From the NCBI GenBank assembly GCA_021850485.1, contig JAJZLY010000025.1:114249-178248 (forward strand): DNA of 64,000 nucleotides, given 5' to 3'. Position numbers and translations under genes: made by a program. Source of the stretch: Bacillota bacterium (GTDB taxonomy: Bacteria; Bacillota; Sulfobacillia; JAJZYS01; JAJZLH01). The notes under the pieces were generated by a model. The model was not told the DNA's origin, did not search any database, and worked only from the letters and a program-made list of their open reading frames with translations. Positions 30,165 to 40,194 of this stretch are shown here, piece after piece; position 1 is the first letter of the stretch; every line of letters begins with the position of its first letter.

Positions 30165-30760
30165 CCGACCTTCAGATCAAGCGCTTTTCCCTCTTCGTCT
30201 TCTTCTTGTTCTTCGCCGTGATGGTTGTGTTCAGTGCCCTGGCCCAAACCTTTGGCAGCACCACTTTGGCCCATCTCTCCACCATGGTCAGCCACGGCTT
30301 CCAGCGCAGCCTCTTTTCGGCTCTGCTCTTTTCCCACTCGCCTCTGCTGCGCGCCGGGGGCATCTTCTTGAACAACCTGAAGGTGTTGGCCGTGGTCTTG
30401 GCCGCCGCCGGGCTGCTCAGGGTGAAGAACCGAGGGGCCCGGTTTGTGGGCTACATCGGGCTTTCCCTGTTCGTTGGCCTGCTGATCGTCAACGCCGTGG
30501 TTGGCGGTCTGGTCGTGACCGCCATCGCCCGCGCCCACCACGCCGCTTGGCCACTGGTGATGCTGGCTGGCATCTTGCCGCACGGCGTCTTTGAAATCGG
30601 CGCCTACGCCTTTGGCATCGGCCTGGCGGTGGCCGCCTCTCGGCCAGCGGGTGTGCGTAGCCGCGTGCTCTACCACACCCTGTTGCCGGTCTTTTTGCTC
30701 CTCCTGGCCGCCCTAGTCGAGAGCTTCGTGACCCCTCTGCTCCTCGGTCTGGTCACCTGA
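30161..30760 (+). CDS. SpoIIM/DUF95-like integral membrane protein
   Basis: GTG 30161 overlaps the upstream TGA and is preceded by GGGGAGG. About 5-6 TM segments and the family-typical ILPHGVFEIGAYAFG motif. Confidence 0.6.
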   Translation: MTDLQIKRFSLFVFFLFFAVMVVFSALAQTFGSTTLAHLSTMVSHGFQRSLFSALLFSHSPLLRAGGIFLNNLKVLAVVLAAAGLLRVKNRGARFVGYIGLSLFVGLLIVNAVVGGLVVTAIARAHHAAWPLVMLAGILPHGVFEIGAYAFGIGLAVAASRPAGVRSRVLYHTLLPVFLLLLAALVESFVTPLLLGLVT

Positions 30761-30804
30761 CCTGGCCGATTCCTTCTCACCGACTTGCCCAGCCGACTCG
30801 CCGC

Positions 30805-31608
30805 TTATGGAGGGCTCCAATCCCAAGCCGCCCCCTGCCAGAGGGCGAGACGGGCGGCGGCCAGGTCGCAGGCCGCAGGCGAGCTGTCTACACCGAAATA
30901 GCGCCGGCCCAAGCTGGCGGCTGCCACCAAGGTGGTGCCCGACCCCATGAACAGGTCGGCCACCAGGTCGCCTCGATTGGAGGTTGCTGCGATCAGCCTG
31001 CTGAGCAGAGCCAGCGGCTTTTGGGTGGGATATCCCAAGCGCTCACCTGACCAGCCGGTCACGGTCGGAATGTCCGTCCACCAGTCGGTCTCGGGTGTTC
31101 CCCGCTCCAGGTCTATCGTCACCTGGCGAGCCCTGGTGGAATGGCGGCCAATGGCTTGGGTGTTGGCCTTGTAGGGCCGTCGCGGCATGTGAAAGGTCCA
31201 ATTCTCACCTTTGACATAGCGCAAGAGCAGGTCGTGCTTGCGCGGGAAGTCTCGCTTTGGCACGCCCCCGCCGTTATAGCACCACACCACTTCATTGCGA
31301 CACGTCCCATCTGCCCACAGCTGGTCGAGGGCGAGCCGCATGTGGTGCACAGAGTGCGCATCCAGATGCAGCCACAACGTCCCGCCCTGGCGGAGCGCCG
31401 GCCACAGCCGTCGGCAGCATTCGGTCAGCCAGCCGACCTGCGAGAGGGCTCCGCGCCACTGGTCACCATAAGCTCCAGCGGGCCCTTGCCGCAGCCGGCC
31501 GGTGCCGAACGGCGGGTCCAAGTAGATCAAGTCGATGGTCCCAGGTGGCAACAAGGAGGCCGCTGCTTGAGCGTCCCCCTGCCAGATCCCCGGTGCCACT
31601 CGGTTCAC
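30805..31608 (-). CDS. Beta-class (N6A/N4C, ParB-less) DNA methyltransferase with no adjacent endonuclease
   Basis: Motif IV IDLIYLDPPFG lies near the N-terminus and motif I DLFMGSGTT near the C-terminus (beta-class order). The GTG start lies 1 nt after the divIVA stop. Confidence 0.8.
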   Translation of the reverse strand: MNRVAPGIWQGDAQAAASLLPPGTIDLIYLDPPFGTGRLRQGPAGAYGDQWRGALSQVGWLTECCRRLWPALRQGGTLWLHLDAHSVHHMRLALDQLWADGTCRNEVVWCYNGGGVPKRDFPRKHDLLLRYVKGENWTFHMPRRPYKANTQAIGRHSTRARQVTIDLERGTPETDWWTDIPTVTGWSGERLGYPTQKPLALLSRLIAATSNRGDLVADLFMGSGTTLVAAASLGRRYFGVDSSPAACDLAAARLALWQGAAWDWSPP

Positions 31609-31609
31609 G

Positions 31610-32059
31610 TCACTCGCCTTCGCCAGCCGCCTCCAGGATCTTCAGCTGCGACTCGAGCAAAGAGCGCGTCTTGGCCCGGAACACCTCCAGCTCGCTCCTC
31701 AGCCGGGCCGCCTGCTCCTCCACGGTGCGCACGGCAGCGCGGGCGTCCTCTGTGATCTTTCGGCCCTCCATGTCGGCCCGATCTGTGATCAGCTGCGCTT
31801 CCTTGTGCGCCGTCTCGACCACCTCTTGGGCCGTCTGCTGGGCGACCAAAAGTGCTTTCTGCAGCTGCTCTTCCAGCGTGCGGTACTGCTGTACCTGGTG
31901 CTGGGCCTCTACCACCTGGGTCTTGAGCTCGTCGCGCTCCTTGAGCGCCAATTCGAAGTCGCGCACCACTTCGTCCAGGTAGGCGTCAACCTCCTGTTCG
32001 TCATAGCCGCGAAACCCCTTCTTGAACTCCTTGTTCTGAATGTCCAGCGGCGTCAGCAC
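31610..32059 (-). CDS. divIVA: Cell division/polarity protein DivIVA
   Basis: MLTPLDIQNKEFKKGFRGYDEQEVDAYLDEV is the canonical DivIVA N-terminus, followed by coiled coil. Confidence 0.9.
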   Translation of the reverse strand: MLTPLDIQNKEFKKGFRGYDEQEVDAYLDEVVRDFELALKERDELKTQVVEAQHQVQQYRTLEEQLQKALLVAQQTAQEVVETAHKEAQLITDRADMEGRKITEDARAAVRTVEEQAARLRSELEVFRAKTRSLLESQLKILEAAGEGE

Positions 32060-32078
32060 GACCCCACCCCCCTAACCA

Positions 32079-32333
32079 CTACAAGACCCAGAGCACGACC
32101 GACATCACCAGATAAACAACCACGATCGCCATCAGCGGCGCCCAGTCGAAACCGCCCCAGGTGGGCAGGCGACGGCGAATTGGGCCGATCACGGGTTCGG
32201 TCAGGCGGTCCAGTCCATGCACCACCATCCAGTACATACCACCCGGCCGCACTGGTGCAAACCAAGTCATCAGGGCCCGGATCAAGATGGCTACGATCAA
32301 GAGCTTTCCAATCAACTCGACCAGGAACATCAC
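32079..32333 (-). CDS. yggT: YggT family membrane protein
   Basis: 84 aa, two TM segments, position between sepF and divIVA as in the Gram-positive ylm cluster. Confidence 0.75.
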   Translation of the reverse strand: MMFLVELIGKLLIVAILIRALMTWFAPVRPGGMYWMVVHGLDRLTEPVIGPIRRRLPTWGGFDWAPLMAIVVVYLVMSVVLWVL

Positions 32334-32376
32334 AAGTACGAGCAGTCCGACCCAGCCCTTTCCGGTGGCTCAGCAC

Positions 32377-32823
32377 TCAGGCGCCGAAGTAGTTCGCCTC
32401 GCGCTTGGGAGCTTCCTCGGCGGGTTGGGATTCGTCCATCTGCACTTCCACGTTGGCCGGAGTGACCAAAAAGATCCCTGTGCCGACCCGTTCCAGCCGC
32501 CCGTCCAAGGCGTACACCGCGCCGGCCAGAAAGTCCAAAATCGGCTGCGCCTCACCCTTGGTGATGCCTTCCAGGTTGACGATCACCGGCCGGCGCCCTT
32601 TCAGCTGATCGGCAATCTCTTGCACATCCTTACCGTCTGTGGGGTAGGCCACCACCACGTGCAGGCCGCCCTTTTGGCTCTGGTTTCCCGGCAGACTGAC
32701 CAGCGGCACCCGCCGCACCTTGTCCTTGAGCTCTTTGCGGTCTTCCAGCACCGGAGCGTCGTCTGTGCCCTCTTCTTCCTCAAAGCCAATCATGTTCAGG
32801 AACTTGTCCATCATCTTCATCAT
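32377..32823 (-). CDS. sepF: Cell division protein SepF
   Basis: 148 aa, acidic N-terminal region then the conserved core VVAYPTDGKDVQEIADQLKGRRPVIVNLEG. Confidence 0.85.
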   Translation of the reverse strand: MMKMMDKFLNMIGFEEEEGTDDAPVLEDRKELKDKVRRVPLVSLPGNQSQKGGLHVVVAYPTDGKDVQEIADQLKGRRPVIVNLEGITKGEAQPILDFLAGAVYALDGRLERVGTGIFLVTPANVEVQMDESQPAEEAPKREANYFGA

Positions 32824-32833
32824 CGATCCTCCT

Positions 32834-33544
32834 CTAGATGGCGGGCCTGGCCCCGAATAGGGCCCGACCGATCCGAATCATGGTGGCACCTTCTTCAATC
32901 GCCAACGGAAAGTCATCGCTCATTCCCATCGACAGCTCCAAGAGACTGGGGAAGCGCCCGATCCACTGCTCCCTCAACATCCGAAGCTGGGCGAAGTCAT
33001 GCTGTGGATGATCGCGAGAAGCGACGGTCATCAGCCCAGCGAGATTCAGGTGCTCGCTCTCAGCGACAACTTCCAGTAACCATGGCAATCGTTGCGGTAC
33101 CACCCCTCCTTTGGTCGCTGCGTCCCCGGTCAACACCTCGACCAGCACCTGGGGCCGACAACCGAACTGGCCTGCGGCCCGGCTCAACTGCCTGACCAGA
33201 TCCTCCCGGTCCACAGAGTGGATCCAGGGGAAGAGCCTCACCGCCCAGTTCACCTTGTTCGTCTGCAGGCGGCCGATGCCGTGCCAGGTGGCGGCCTCGA
33301 CACACGGCACCTTCCCACGGGCCTCCTGAACCCGGTTCTCACCGAAATCCACGATCCCCAGCCGGGAAGCGGCCTGCACCCGATCCAACGGGACTCCCTT
33401 GGTAACGGCGATCACTCGCACCTCCGCCGCCTCACGGTTCGCCGCCAGTGCACTCTCGGCCACCTGCCGACGGACCTTTTGGAAACGGTCCAGAAGTTCT
33501 GTCAACCCGTTACTATCCCCTTGATTCGCCGCGACCCCTGTCAT
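32834..33544 (-). CDS. yggS: YggS family pyridoxal-phosphate homeostasis protein
   Basis: VIAVTKGV (PLP lysine), FGENRVQE, WHGIGRLQTNK motifs. ATG 33544 overlaps the pgeF stop (ATGA). Confidence 0.85.
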   Translation of the reverse strand: MTGVAANQGDSNGLTELLDRFQKVRRQVAESALAANREAAEVRVIAVTKGVPLDRVQAASRLGIVDFGENRVQEARGKVPCVEAATWHGIGRLQTNKVNWAVRLFPWIHSVDREDLVRQLSRAAGQFGCRPQVLVEVLTGDAATKGGVVPQRLPWLLEVVAESEHLNLAGLMTVASRDHPQHDFAQLRMLREQWIGRFPSLLELSMGMSDDFPLAIEEGATMIRIGRALFGARPAI

Positions 33545-34413
33545 TCCTGCTTCTGCAGGCCAATTAAGGCCGCAATTCTGCCGCTCGCCTGACCGTCTCG
33601 CCGGTAGGAGAAAAGCAGCTGCTCGGCGCACCTGGTGCAGAGCCTAGAAGCCAGTATAGACGCCGGTTTCAGGCCATGTCTACGCAAGATTTCTGCCTGC
33701 AGCGAGACCAAATCGACGCGGCCATCTGCCGTCTCAGCGAGTGCCCACGCGTGATTTTTCAAAATTTCGCGGCCAACTTCCGGTCCGACAGGATAGCACT
33801 CCGGGCCAATTGCCGGGCCGATCGCGGCCTCAAGCTCATCAGGACCACAAGCGCATAGACGACATAATTCTTCAACCGCCGCCTCCGTCACACCGGCAGC
33901 CGTGCCCCGCCACCCGGCATGCACCACGCCGATGCCCTGCCCCTTCTTGGCTCTGAGCAATACGGGCACGCAGTCCGCCACCACCACAGAGAGGACCACG
34001 CCTGTCAGCCGGGTGACCTGGGCATCCGCCTGCACCAAGGCGTTCATCGGCCAACCTGCTGCCGGCGCCTGCGAGACCACAGCGACATCGGCGCCGTGCA
34101 CCTGGTGGATGGCGGCCACCGGCCAAGCGGGGGCGCCGACTGCGCTCAGAAGCCGTCTGCGGTTTTCCGCCACCTTGGCCGGATCATCGCCACTTGAGAG
34201 CGACGGGTTCATGGACTGATAGGCGCCCTCGGACACGCCGCCCAGTCTGGTCGAGAACGCCGCCAGAACGCCATCGTCAGCCCACGACGGGGGCTGCAAC
34301 AGGGCAACGCCTTGGTGCCAGCAGATGGCCAGCGGCTCTTGGGGAGGCAGGAGGATGGCGGCGGTACTCACGAATGCTTGGCCACTCGACAGATCGGGAG
34401 GGTACTGATGCAC
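33541..34413 (-). CDS. pgeF: Peptidoglycan editing factor PgeF (YfiH/laccase-domain protein)
   Basis: FSTRLGGVSEG.Y.S.N, QVHG, ADCVPV and HAGWRGT motifs. Confidence 0.85.
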   Translation of the reverse strand: MHQYPPDLSSGQAFVSTAAILLPPQEPLAICWHQGVALLQPPSWADDGVLAAFSTRLGGVSEGAYQSMNPSLSSGDDPAKVAENRRRLLSAVGAPAWPVAAIHQVHGADVAVVSQAPAAGWPMNALVQADAQVTRLTGVVLSVVVADCVPVLLRAKKGQGIGVVHAGWRGTAAGVTEAAVEELCRLCACGPDELEAAIGPAIGPECYPVGPEVGREILKNHAWALAETADGRVDLVSLQAEILRRHGLKPASILASRLCTRCAEQLLFSYRRDGQASGRIAALIGLQKQE

Positions 34414-35121
34414 ATCGCTGAGCTCACCTCGAAGGAGTTTTCGGCGCTGATCAAACAGCGACCCCTGGCTCTATTGCCGATCGGCACGTTGGAGGCCCAT
34501 GGCATGCACGCATCACTGGCCACCGACACCTTGATCCCGGTGGAGATCGGCAGGCGGGTGGAGCAGGCCGAACGCACCAGATTTCTCCTTTTGCCCGAGA
34601 TCCCCTATGGACACTCCTGGGATCTGGCCGTGTTCGACGGCACGGTAGACATTCCGGCTGCGCCCTTCATCAGTTACGTAAGCGCCGTCGGTAGCGGCCT
34701 GGTGAAGGCCGGTTTGAGCCGACAGATCTGGCTCAACGGGCACGGCGGCAACAACGGGGCTCTGACCTTGGCAGCCGAAGCTGTGGCTGAGGCTGGCGGC
34801 CAAGTGGTGATCGTGAACTGGTGGATGGACTTTCGTCAGGAGATCGACGCCATCACGCCCGGAGCCGGCCATGCCGGAGCCGACGAGACGGCGGCGGTGA
34901 TGGCGATCAACGCCGCCTGGGTGCACCTGGCTGACACGCCGGAACATGCGCCGGCGCGCACCGCCAAGGTGACCTACAAAGAAGTCAGTGGCCGCGCCGG
35001 CCGGTTTCCCGGTGCAGTGAACGGTGCGCCGAGGGAGGCCACGGCGGAAAAAGGGGAGGCCTTGCTGACCATGTGTGCAAGACGGGTCCGAGAACTCTCG
35101 GTCGAGTTCTTTCCCGCCTGA
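34408..35121 (+). CDS. Creatininase (creatinine amidohydrolase) family protein
   Basis: LLPIGTLEAHGMH, NGHGGN and HAGADETA metal-binding motifs. The only plus-strand gene inside the division cluster. Confidence 0.75.
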   Translation: MHIAELTSKEFSALIKQRPLALLPIGTLEAHGMHASLATDTLIPVEIGRRVEQAERTRFLLLPEIPYGHSWDLAVFDGTVDIPAAPFISYVSAVGSGLVKAGLSRQIWLNGHGGNNGALTLAAEAVAEAGGQVVIVNWWMDFRQEIDAITPGAGHAGADETAAVMAINAAWVHLADTPEHAPARTAKVTYKEVSGRAGRFPGAVNGAPREATAEKGEALLTMCARRVRELSVEFFPA

Positions 35122-35223
35122 TTTCCCCGATCAGGGCGGCTCCGCCGTTCCCCTGGGCAACTCAACACTACCGCCAACGTGGGCGGTGTCGCCTCGTGTC
35201 CTCGTGTCAGTCGTTGGTCTCGT

Positions 35224-36312
35224 TCAGTCCTTACGGCGCAGGAACGACGGGATGTCCAGCTCGTCTTTGGCCGGCTGCTCTTCGACCGGCAGTGGCGCGA
35301 AGGTCGCCGTGTCGAAGCGGCGGCTGATCGGCTCCAAGTTGGGCCGCTCGCCACCACCGAATCCGGTGGCGATCAAGGTGAGACGGATCTCGTCACCCAT
35401 CCGTTCGTCGATCACGGCACCGAAGATGATGTTGGCATCCTCATGCGCCTCTTGCCGAATCAAGGTGGCAGCCTCGCTGATCTCGGCCATCGCCAGATCG
35501 GCGCTGCCGGTGATATTGAGCAAGATGCCCTTGGCACCGTGGATCGACGTCTCCAGCAGCGGGCTTTCGATCGCCGATTTCGCCGCCTCGAAGGCCCGGT
35601 TCTCGCCGCGGGCCACGCCGATGCCCATCAGCGCTGAACCGGCCTCGCGCATGATGGTGCGCACGTCGGCAAAGTCAACATTGATGACGCCGGGAACGGT
35701 GATCAGGTCGGAGATGCCTTGCACACCTTGGCGCAAGACGTCGTCGACGCGCTGAAAGGCGTCCAGCATGGTGGTCTTGCGATCCACCACCTCCAGCAGG
35801 CGATCGTTGGGGATGACGATCAAGGTGTCCACCTTCTCTTTGAGGCTGGCCACCCCCATCTCGGCGTAGGCGCTCCGCCGCTTGCCCTCGAAGCTAAACG
35901 GTTTGGTCACCACTCCAACCACCAGCGCACCGGTCTCCCTGGCGATCTCCGCCACAACCGGCGCAGCACCGGTGCCGGTTCCGCCACCAAGGCCGGCTGT
36001 CACAAACACCATGTCGGCGCCTTGAACATGCTCTGAGATCTTCTCTCGAGACTCCTCGGCGGCTTTCTTGCCAACCTCGGGGTTGGCACCAGCGCCCAGT
36101 CCCTTGGTCAATTTGTCCCCGATCTGCAACTGGACCGGCGCCTGCGACATGCGCAGGGCCTGAAGATCCGTATTGATGCAGATGAATTCCACGCCTTGAA
36201 TCCCGACCGCGATCATGCGGTTTACGGCATTACTGCCGCCACCGCCGACGCCCACGACCTTGATGACGGCACTGCGATCGGGATGAGTCGGAGCCGACTC
36301 AAACTCAAACAT
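35224..36312 (-). CDS. ftsZ: Cell division GTPase FtsZ
   Basis: [17 protein letters not shown] and [13 protein letters not shown] tubulin signature, C-terminal DIPSFLRR peptide. ATG 36312 preceded by GGAGGA. Confidence 0.95.
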   Translation of the reverse strand: MFEFESAPTHPDRSAVIKVVGVGGGGSNAVNRMIAVGIQGVEFICINTDLQALRMSQAPVQLQIGDKLTKGLGAGANPEVGKKAAEESREKISEHVQGADMVFVTAGLGGGTGTGAAPVVAEIARETGALVVGVVTKPFSFEGKRRSAYAEMGVASLKEKVDTLIVIPNDRLLEVVDRKTTMLDAFQRVDDVLRQGVQGISDLITVPGVINVDFADVRTIMREAGSALMGIGVARGENRAFEAAKSAIESPLLETSIHGAKGILLNITGSADLAMAEISEAATLIRQEAHEDANIIFGAVIDERMGDEIRLTLIATGFGGGERPNLEPISRRFDTATFAPLPVEEQPAKDELDIPSFLRRKD

Positions 36313-36388
36313 AGCGTCCTCCTCGGGGGACGGATGGCTAGACTCTTCAAGGCAACGCACTTCTCTTCCCCCTTCGGTTTCCCTTCTG

Positions 36389-37162
36389 TCAGGGCGTGGC
36401 CGTCACGGAGGGCGCAGCCGGCTGGCTGAGATCGACTCGGGTGACGATCAGTCCCTTGGCCTGAGCTTGGGCCAAGATCTGGGCCAGAAGGCTGGCTTTT
36501 TCGCTCAGACCGGTCGGTGCGCCCAGTGCCACCTCTGTCCCCGCTAACAAGTAGACACTGACCTGGCCCTTGGAGACCACCAATTCGGACACCTCAGAAC
36601 GCAGCGGCAGCGGCAAATCGACCAGGAAAGTGAGCGCGCCCAGTCCTGCGCTCGAGGTGACCTTCTGGTAGGGGGTGGCCGGAACCAGGACGCCGCTGAG
36701 GTACGGATAGGCCGCCTGATCCTTGGCAGTAACCGGCAAGGTGACGCCACTTGCGTCCAGGCCGATCAGATCGCCTGCACCGACGAAGGCCAAGGCCACC
36801 GGCCGACGCAGGGTCACTGAGATCACCAACTGGTCAGGGAACACCACACTGAGTGTGGCGCTGGCCAACCACGGCGCCCGAGCCAGCAGCGTGTTTTTGG
36901 CTCGGAGCAACGGCGCACTGAACAGCGGTTGTCCCAGCTTCAGCCCTGTGTCTTGAAAGAGCTGCGCTGGCCCGCCTTGGACCCGGATCTGGCGGATGGT
37001 GAACCAGGGGCCGGCCAGAACCAACCAGACCAAGCCTGCGGCCACGACCAGGGCCGCCACCACCGCCAGCACTCGGCGCCTGATCAGGCGTCGGCTCGCC
37101 ACACTCTGACCTCCAATTCCAGCTGCTGACCCGACGTCTCGGCCACCCGCTCCTTCGCCCAC
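36389..37162 (-). CDS. ftsQ: Cell division protein FtsQ/DivIB
   Basis: Single TM after a basic N-terminus, then a POTRA-like segment ([10 protein letters not shown]). Start uncertain because the long form overlaps murB. Confidence 0.7.
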   Translation of the reverse strand: MGEGAGGRDVGSAAGIGGQSVASRRLIRRRVLAVVAALVVAAGLVWLVLAGPWFTIRQIRVQGGPAQLFQDTGLKLGQPLFSAPLLRAKNTLLARAPWLASATLSVVFPDQLVISVTLRRPVALAFVGAGDLIGLDASGVTLPVTAKDQAAYPYLSGVLVPATPYQKVTSSAGLGALTFLVDLPLPLRSEVSELVVSKGQVSVYLLAGTEVALGAPTGLSEKASLLAQILAQAQAKGLIVTRVDLSQPAAPSVTATP

Positions 37163-37989
37163 TCTACCAAGGCCAACACGTCGCCCGCGGTTGCCGACCC
37201 GAGATTGAGAAAGAAGTTGGCATGGAGCTCAGAGATCTGGGCGCCGCCGATGCGGTGCCCTTTTCCGCCGGCCGCCTCGATCAGCTGCCCAGCGCTGTGT
37301 TCGGGCGGATTCTTAAACATGCTGCCGGCATTTTTGCCCTGCGGTTGGGTGCGACGGCGGTGCGCCAGCGCCTGTGCCAATCGGCCGCGCGCCGCCGCCA
37401 GATCTCCCCGCTGCAGCTGGAATCGGGCGGCCAGCACGCCCTGCCCGCTGCCAATCAGGGCGGAGTGGCGGTAGCCGTATGCCAGTTCGCTGGCCCCAAT
37501 CCACCGGGCCGGTTGCGCATCACAGACCACCAGCGCCTCGACCAGATGGTCCGAGATGGAACCGCCATGGGCACCGGCGTTCATCACAACCGCCCCGCCC
37601 ACCGTCGCCGGAATGCCACCAGCCCACTCCATCCCGGTCAGACCAGCTCCATGGCCCGAACTGACCACGCTGATCAACGCAGCACCGGCTGCCGCCTCCA
37701 CCACCGGCCCCGTCACCATGACTTGGCGCAACCTGCCGGTGGCAATGGTCAAGCCGGGCAAGCTGCCCGCAGTGACCAGGACATTGGAACCGGCGCCCAA
37801 AAACCGCCACGGCACGCCGGCCGCCTGGCAGATGCCCAGCACCTTGGGCACGGCCTCAATGCGCTCCAAGATCAGCAGGGCCTGCGCCACACCACCGACG
37901 CGCAGCGTGGTGCGCGCTGCCAACGATGCATCGGTCAACAGCGCGCCACAGTCCAGTGCCCCAAGCTCCTTGAGCCAATCGGCGGTCAT
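37084..37989 (-). CDS. murB: UDP-N-acetylenolpyruvoylglucosamine reductase
   Basis: TTLRVGG, LGAGSNVL FAD-binding and GSMFKNP motifs. Confidence 0.9.
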   Translation of the reverse strand: MTADWLKELGALDCGALLTDASLAARTTLRVGGVAQALLILERIEAVPKVLGICQAAGVPWRFLGAGSNVLVTAGSLPGLTIATGRLRQVMVTGPVVEAAAGAALISVVSSGHGAGLTGMEWAGGIPATVGGAVVMNAGAHGGSISDHLVEALVVCDAQPARWIGASELAYGYRHSALIGSGQGVLAARFQLQRGDLAAARGRLAQALAHRRRTQPQGKNAGSMFKNPPEHSAGQLIEAAGGKGHRIGGAQISELHANFFLNLGSATAGDVLALVEWAKERVAETSGQQLELEVRVWRADA

Positions 37990-39092
37990 GGTGCCACCTC
38001 CAGCAAATCCTCGGCCAAGATGTCGGCGATGCGCTGGGCTGCGTCCGCCGGAACCGCCTGCCGGATGGCCCGGCTCATGGCAGCCAGGGCGGTGCGGTCG
38101 TGGAGCAGAGTGACGATCCGAACCAGCGTGTCAGGGTCCGCCAAAGCCGCTTCCTCGACCACCAAAGCGCCTCCACCTCCGGCAACTCGCCTGGCGTTTT
38201 CCATCTGCTGGTCGTCGCTGACGTTGGGGGATGGCACGAGCAGGGCCGGAAGCCCCGCTTGCGCCAACTCGGCCACGGTTCCTGCGCCAGAACGGGTCAG
38301 GGCCAGATCTGCCGCCGCCATGGCACCGGCCATATCGTCCAGGTAGGGCACTACCATCCGGCCGGGTAGTGATCCGGTGTGGACTTGAGCCCGGTAGCGC
38401 CGACCTGTTGCCCAGATCAGCTGCACGTCTTCCCCCAGCCCAGACGCGACCAGTTTTTCTGCCAACTGGTTGAGCGCCTGTGCGCCGAGGCTGCCACCGA
38501 ACACCAGCAACACCGGCTTGTCGGCCGCCATTCCCAGGCGCCGGCGGGCCAACGCGCTGTCCATGCGGCCGATCGCCTGCCGGACCGGCAGACCGGTGCC
38601 GATCGACTTGCGGCGCAGCGCTTCAGGCAGTGCGTCTTGCATGTCCGGAAAGCCAAGGAACAGCCGGCGCGCCTTGCCGGCAAGCAACCGATTGGCCACC
38701 CCCAGCCGGGCGTCCGGCTCCAGCAGGTACAGCGGCACCCGCAGTTGGCCAGCGGCCCAGCCGACCGGTCCGCTGACGTAGCCGCCCGTGCCCACCACCG
38801 CCGCCGGCCGCAGCCGACGCAGGTGGGCGGCAGCCTGGGCCAACCCCCATCCGGTCACGGCCAGAGCCCGACCGCGTGCGAGTAGGCCTTTGCGGGCCAA
38901 GCCAGCCGCTATCACCGGCACAAAGGGCAAACCGGCAGCCAAGGCCAGGCCCTTTTCCGGTCCGTAGGGACTGCCGGCGAAGACCAGTTCAAATCGGTCC
39001 GAGAGCCGCTCAGCCAGCGCCAGCGCAGGCGACACGTGCCCGGCAGTGCCACCGCCGGTGAGGACGATCAACGGGCGACGCTGATCACTCAC
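37986..39092 (-). CDS. murG: Undecaprenyldiphospho-muramoylpentapeptide beta-N-acetylglucosaminyltransferase
   Basis: LTGGGTAGHVSPALA N-terminal motif and GT28 C-terminal domain. 4-nt overlaps on both sides. Confidence 0.9.
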   Translation of the reverse strand: MSDQRRPLIVLTGGGTAGHVSPALALAERLSDRFELVFAGSPYGPEKGLALAAGLPFVPVIAAGLARKGLLARGRALAVTGWGLAQAAAHLRRLRPAAVVGTGGYVSGPVGWAAGQLRVPLYLLEPDARLGVANRLLAGKARRLFLGFPDMQDALPEALRRKSIGTGLPVRQAIGRMDSALARRRLGMAADKPVLLVFGGSLGAQALNQLAEKLVASGLGEDVQLIWATGRRYRAQVHTGSLPGRMVVPYLDDMAGAMAAADLALTRSGAGTVAELAQAGLPALLVPSPNVSDDQQMENARRVAGGGGALVVEEAALADPDTLVRIVTLLHDRTALAAMSRAIRQAVPADAAQRIADILAEDLLEVAP

Positions 39093-40189
39093 GACGGCTT
39101 CTTACGCTGCCTGGAGATGTTCAGCAAGATGCCGATGCCGGCCAAGGTGAAGACCAGGGAAGATCCGCCGTAGGAGATGAAGGGCAACGGGATGCCGGTG
39201 ACTGGCACGGTGTCCGTGACCACAGCCACATTGAGCAGGGCCTGGAGCATGATCATGCTGGTCAGGCCAGCGGCCAAAAGCCGGCCGAAGGCATCTGGCG
39301 CCTCGGCGGCGATCTTGAATCCCCGCCACAGCAAGAGGACGAACAGCACCAGCACCACGGCACCGCCGATGAAGCCCAACTCGTTGCCCAAGATGGCGAA
39401 GATGGAGTCGGTGTACTGCTCAGGCAAGTAGAAAAACTTGAAGGCGGAGCGGCCAAGGCCAACTCCCAAAAAACCGCCGGAGCCGAGTGCAAAAAGGGAC
39501 TGCAAGATGTGGTAGCCGGAGCCAAGGGAGGTCTTGGCCGGGTCCAAAAAGGCCAATAGGCGCTGCAGACGGTAGGCCTTGGCGACCACCTCGTAGACCA
39601 GCGCTGGAATCGCCAACACCAGCGTGCCGATCAAGGCGCTGGCGCGCGCCCCCGCCAGATAGAGCATGATGAAGGCCGTCCCACCGAGGCACAAAGCGGT
39701 GCCAAGGTCTGGTTCTTTCAGCACCAGGTAAAAAACGGCGGCTACCACCACGATGTGCGGCAGATAGCCTTTCTTCAGATCCCTCGGCGGGAAGCGGCCA
39801 CCGGTCAGCGTGTCGGCGAAGACGATGGCCAGTGCCAACTTGGCCAGCTCGGACGGCTGAAACTCCAAGGAGCCAAACCCCAACCAGCGGCGGCCACCGG
39901 CGATCACCCGGCCGACATGGGGAATCAAGACAGCCACCAGCAAGATCGCCGTTAAAATGGCCAGCGCCTTGGTGTGGCGCCGAAACTGATGGTAGTCGAA
40001 GCGCGAGAAAAACCAGGCAGCCGCCCCGCCCAGCACCGCCCAGATCAGCTGGCGGATCAAAAAGTAATAGGGGGTGTTGAAATTGACGTAGGCGGTCACG
40101 GAACTGGCGGAAAAGACCATCACCACGCCGATGCCAAGCAGGGCCATGACCAGTACCACCAGCCTCTGGTCAACGGCCTCCATCCGCAT
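39089..40189 (-). CDS. ftsW: SEDS family peptidoglycan polymerase FtsW/SpoVE
   Basis: About 10 TM segments, QPSELAKL and PLPFISYGGSS motifs. ATG 40189 or 40183 chosen because the long form overlaps mraY. Confidence 0.85.
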   Translation of the reverse strand: MRMEAVDQRLVVLVMALLGIGVVMVFSASSVTAYVNFNTPYYFLIRQLIWAVLGGAAAWFFSRFDYHQFRRHTKALAILTAILLVAVLIPHVGRVIAGGRRWLGFGSLEFQPSELAKLALAIVFADTLTGGRFPPRDLKKGYLPHIVVVAAVFYLVLKEPDLGTALCLGGTAFIMLYLAGARASALIGTLVLAIPALVYEVVAKAYRLQRLLAFLDPAKTSLGSGYHILQSLFALGSGGFLGVGLGRSAFKFFYLPEQYTDSIFAILGNELGFIGGAVVLVLFVLLLWRGFKIAAEAPDAFGRLLAAGLTSMIMLQALLNVAVVTDTVPVTGIPLPFISYGGSSLVFTLAGIGILLNISRQRKKPS

Positions 40190-40194
40190 CTGCT

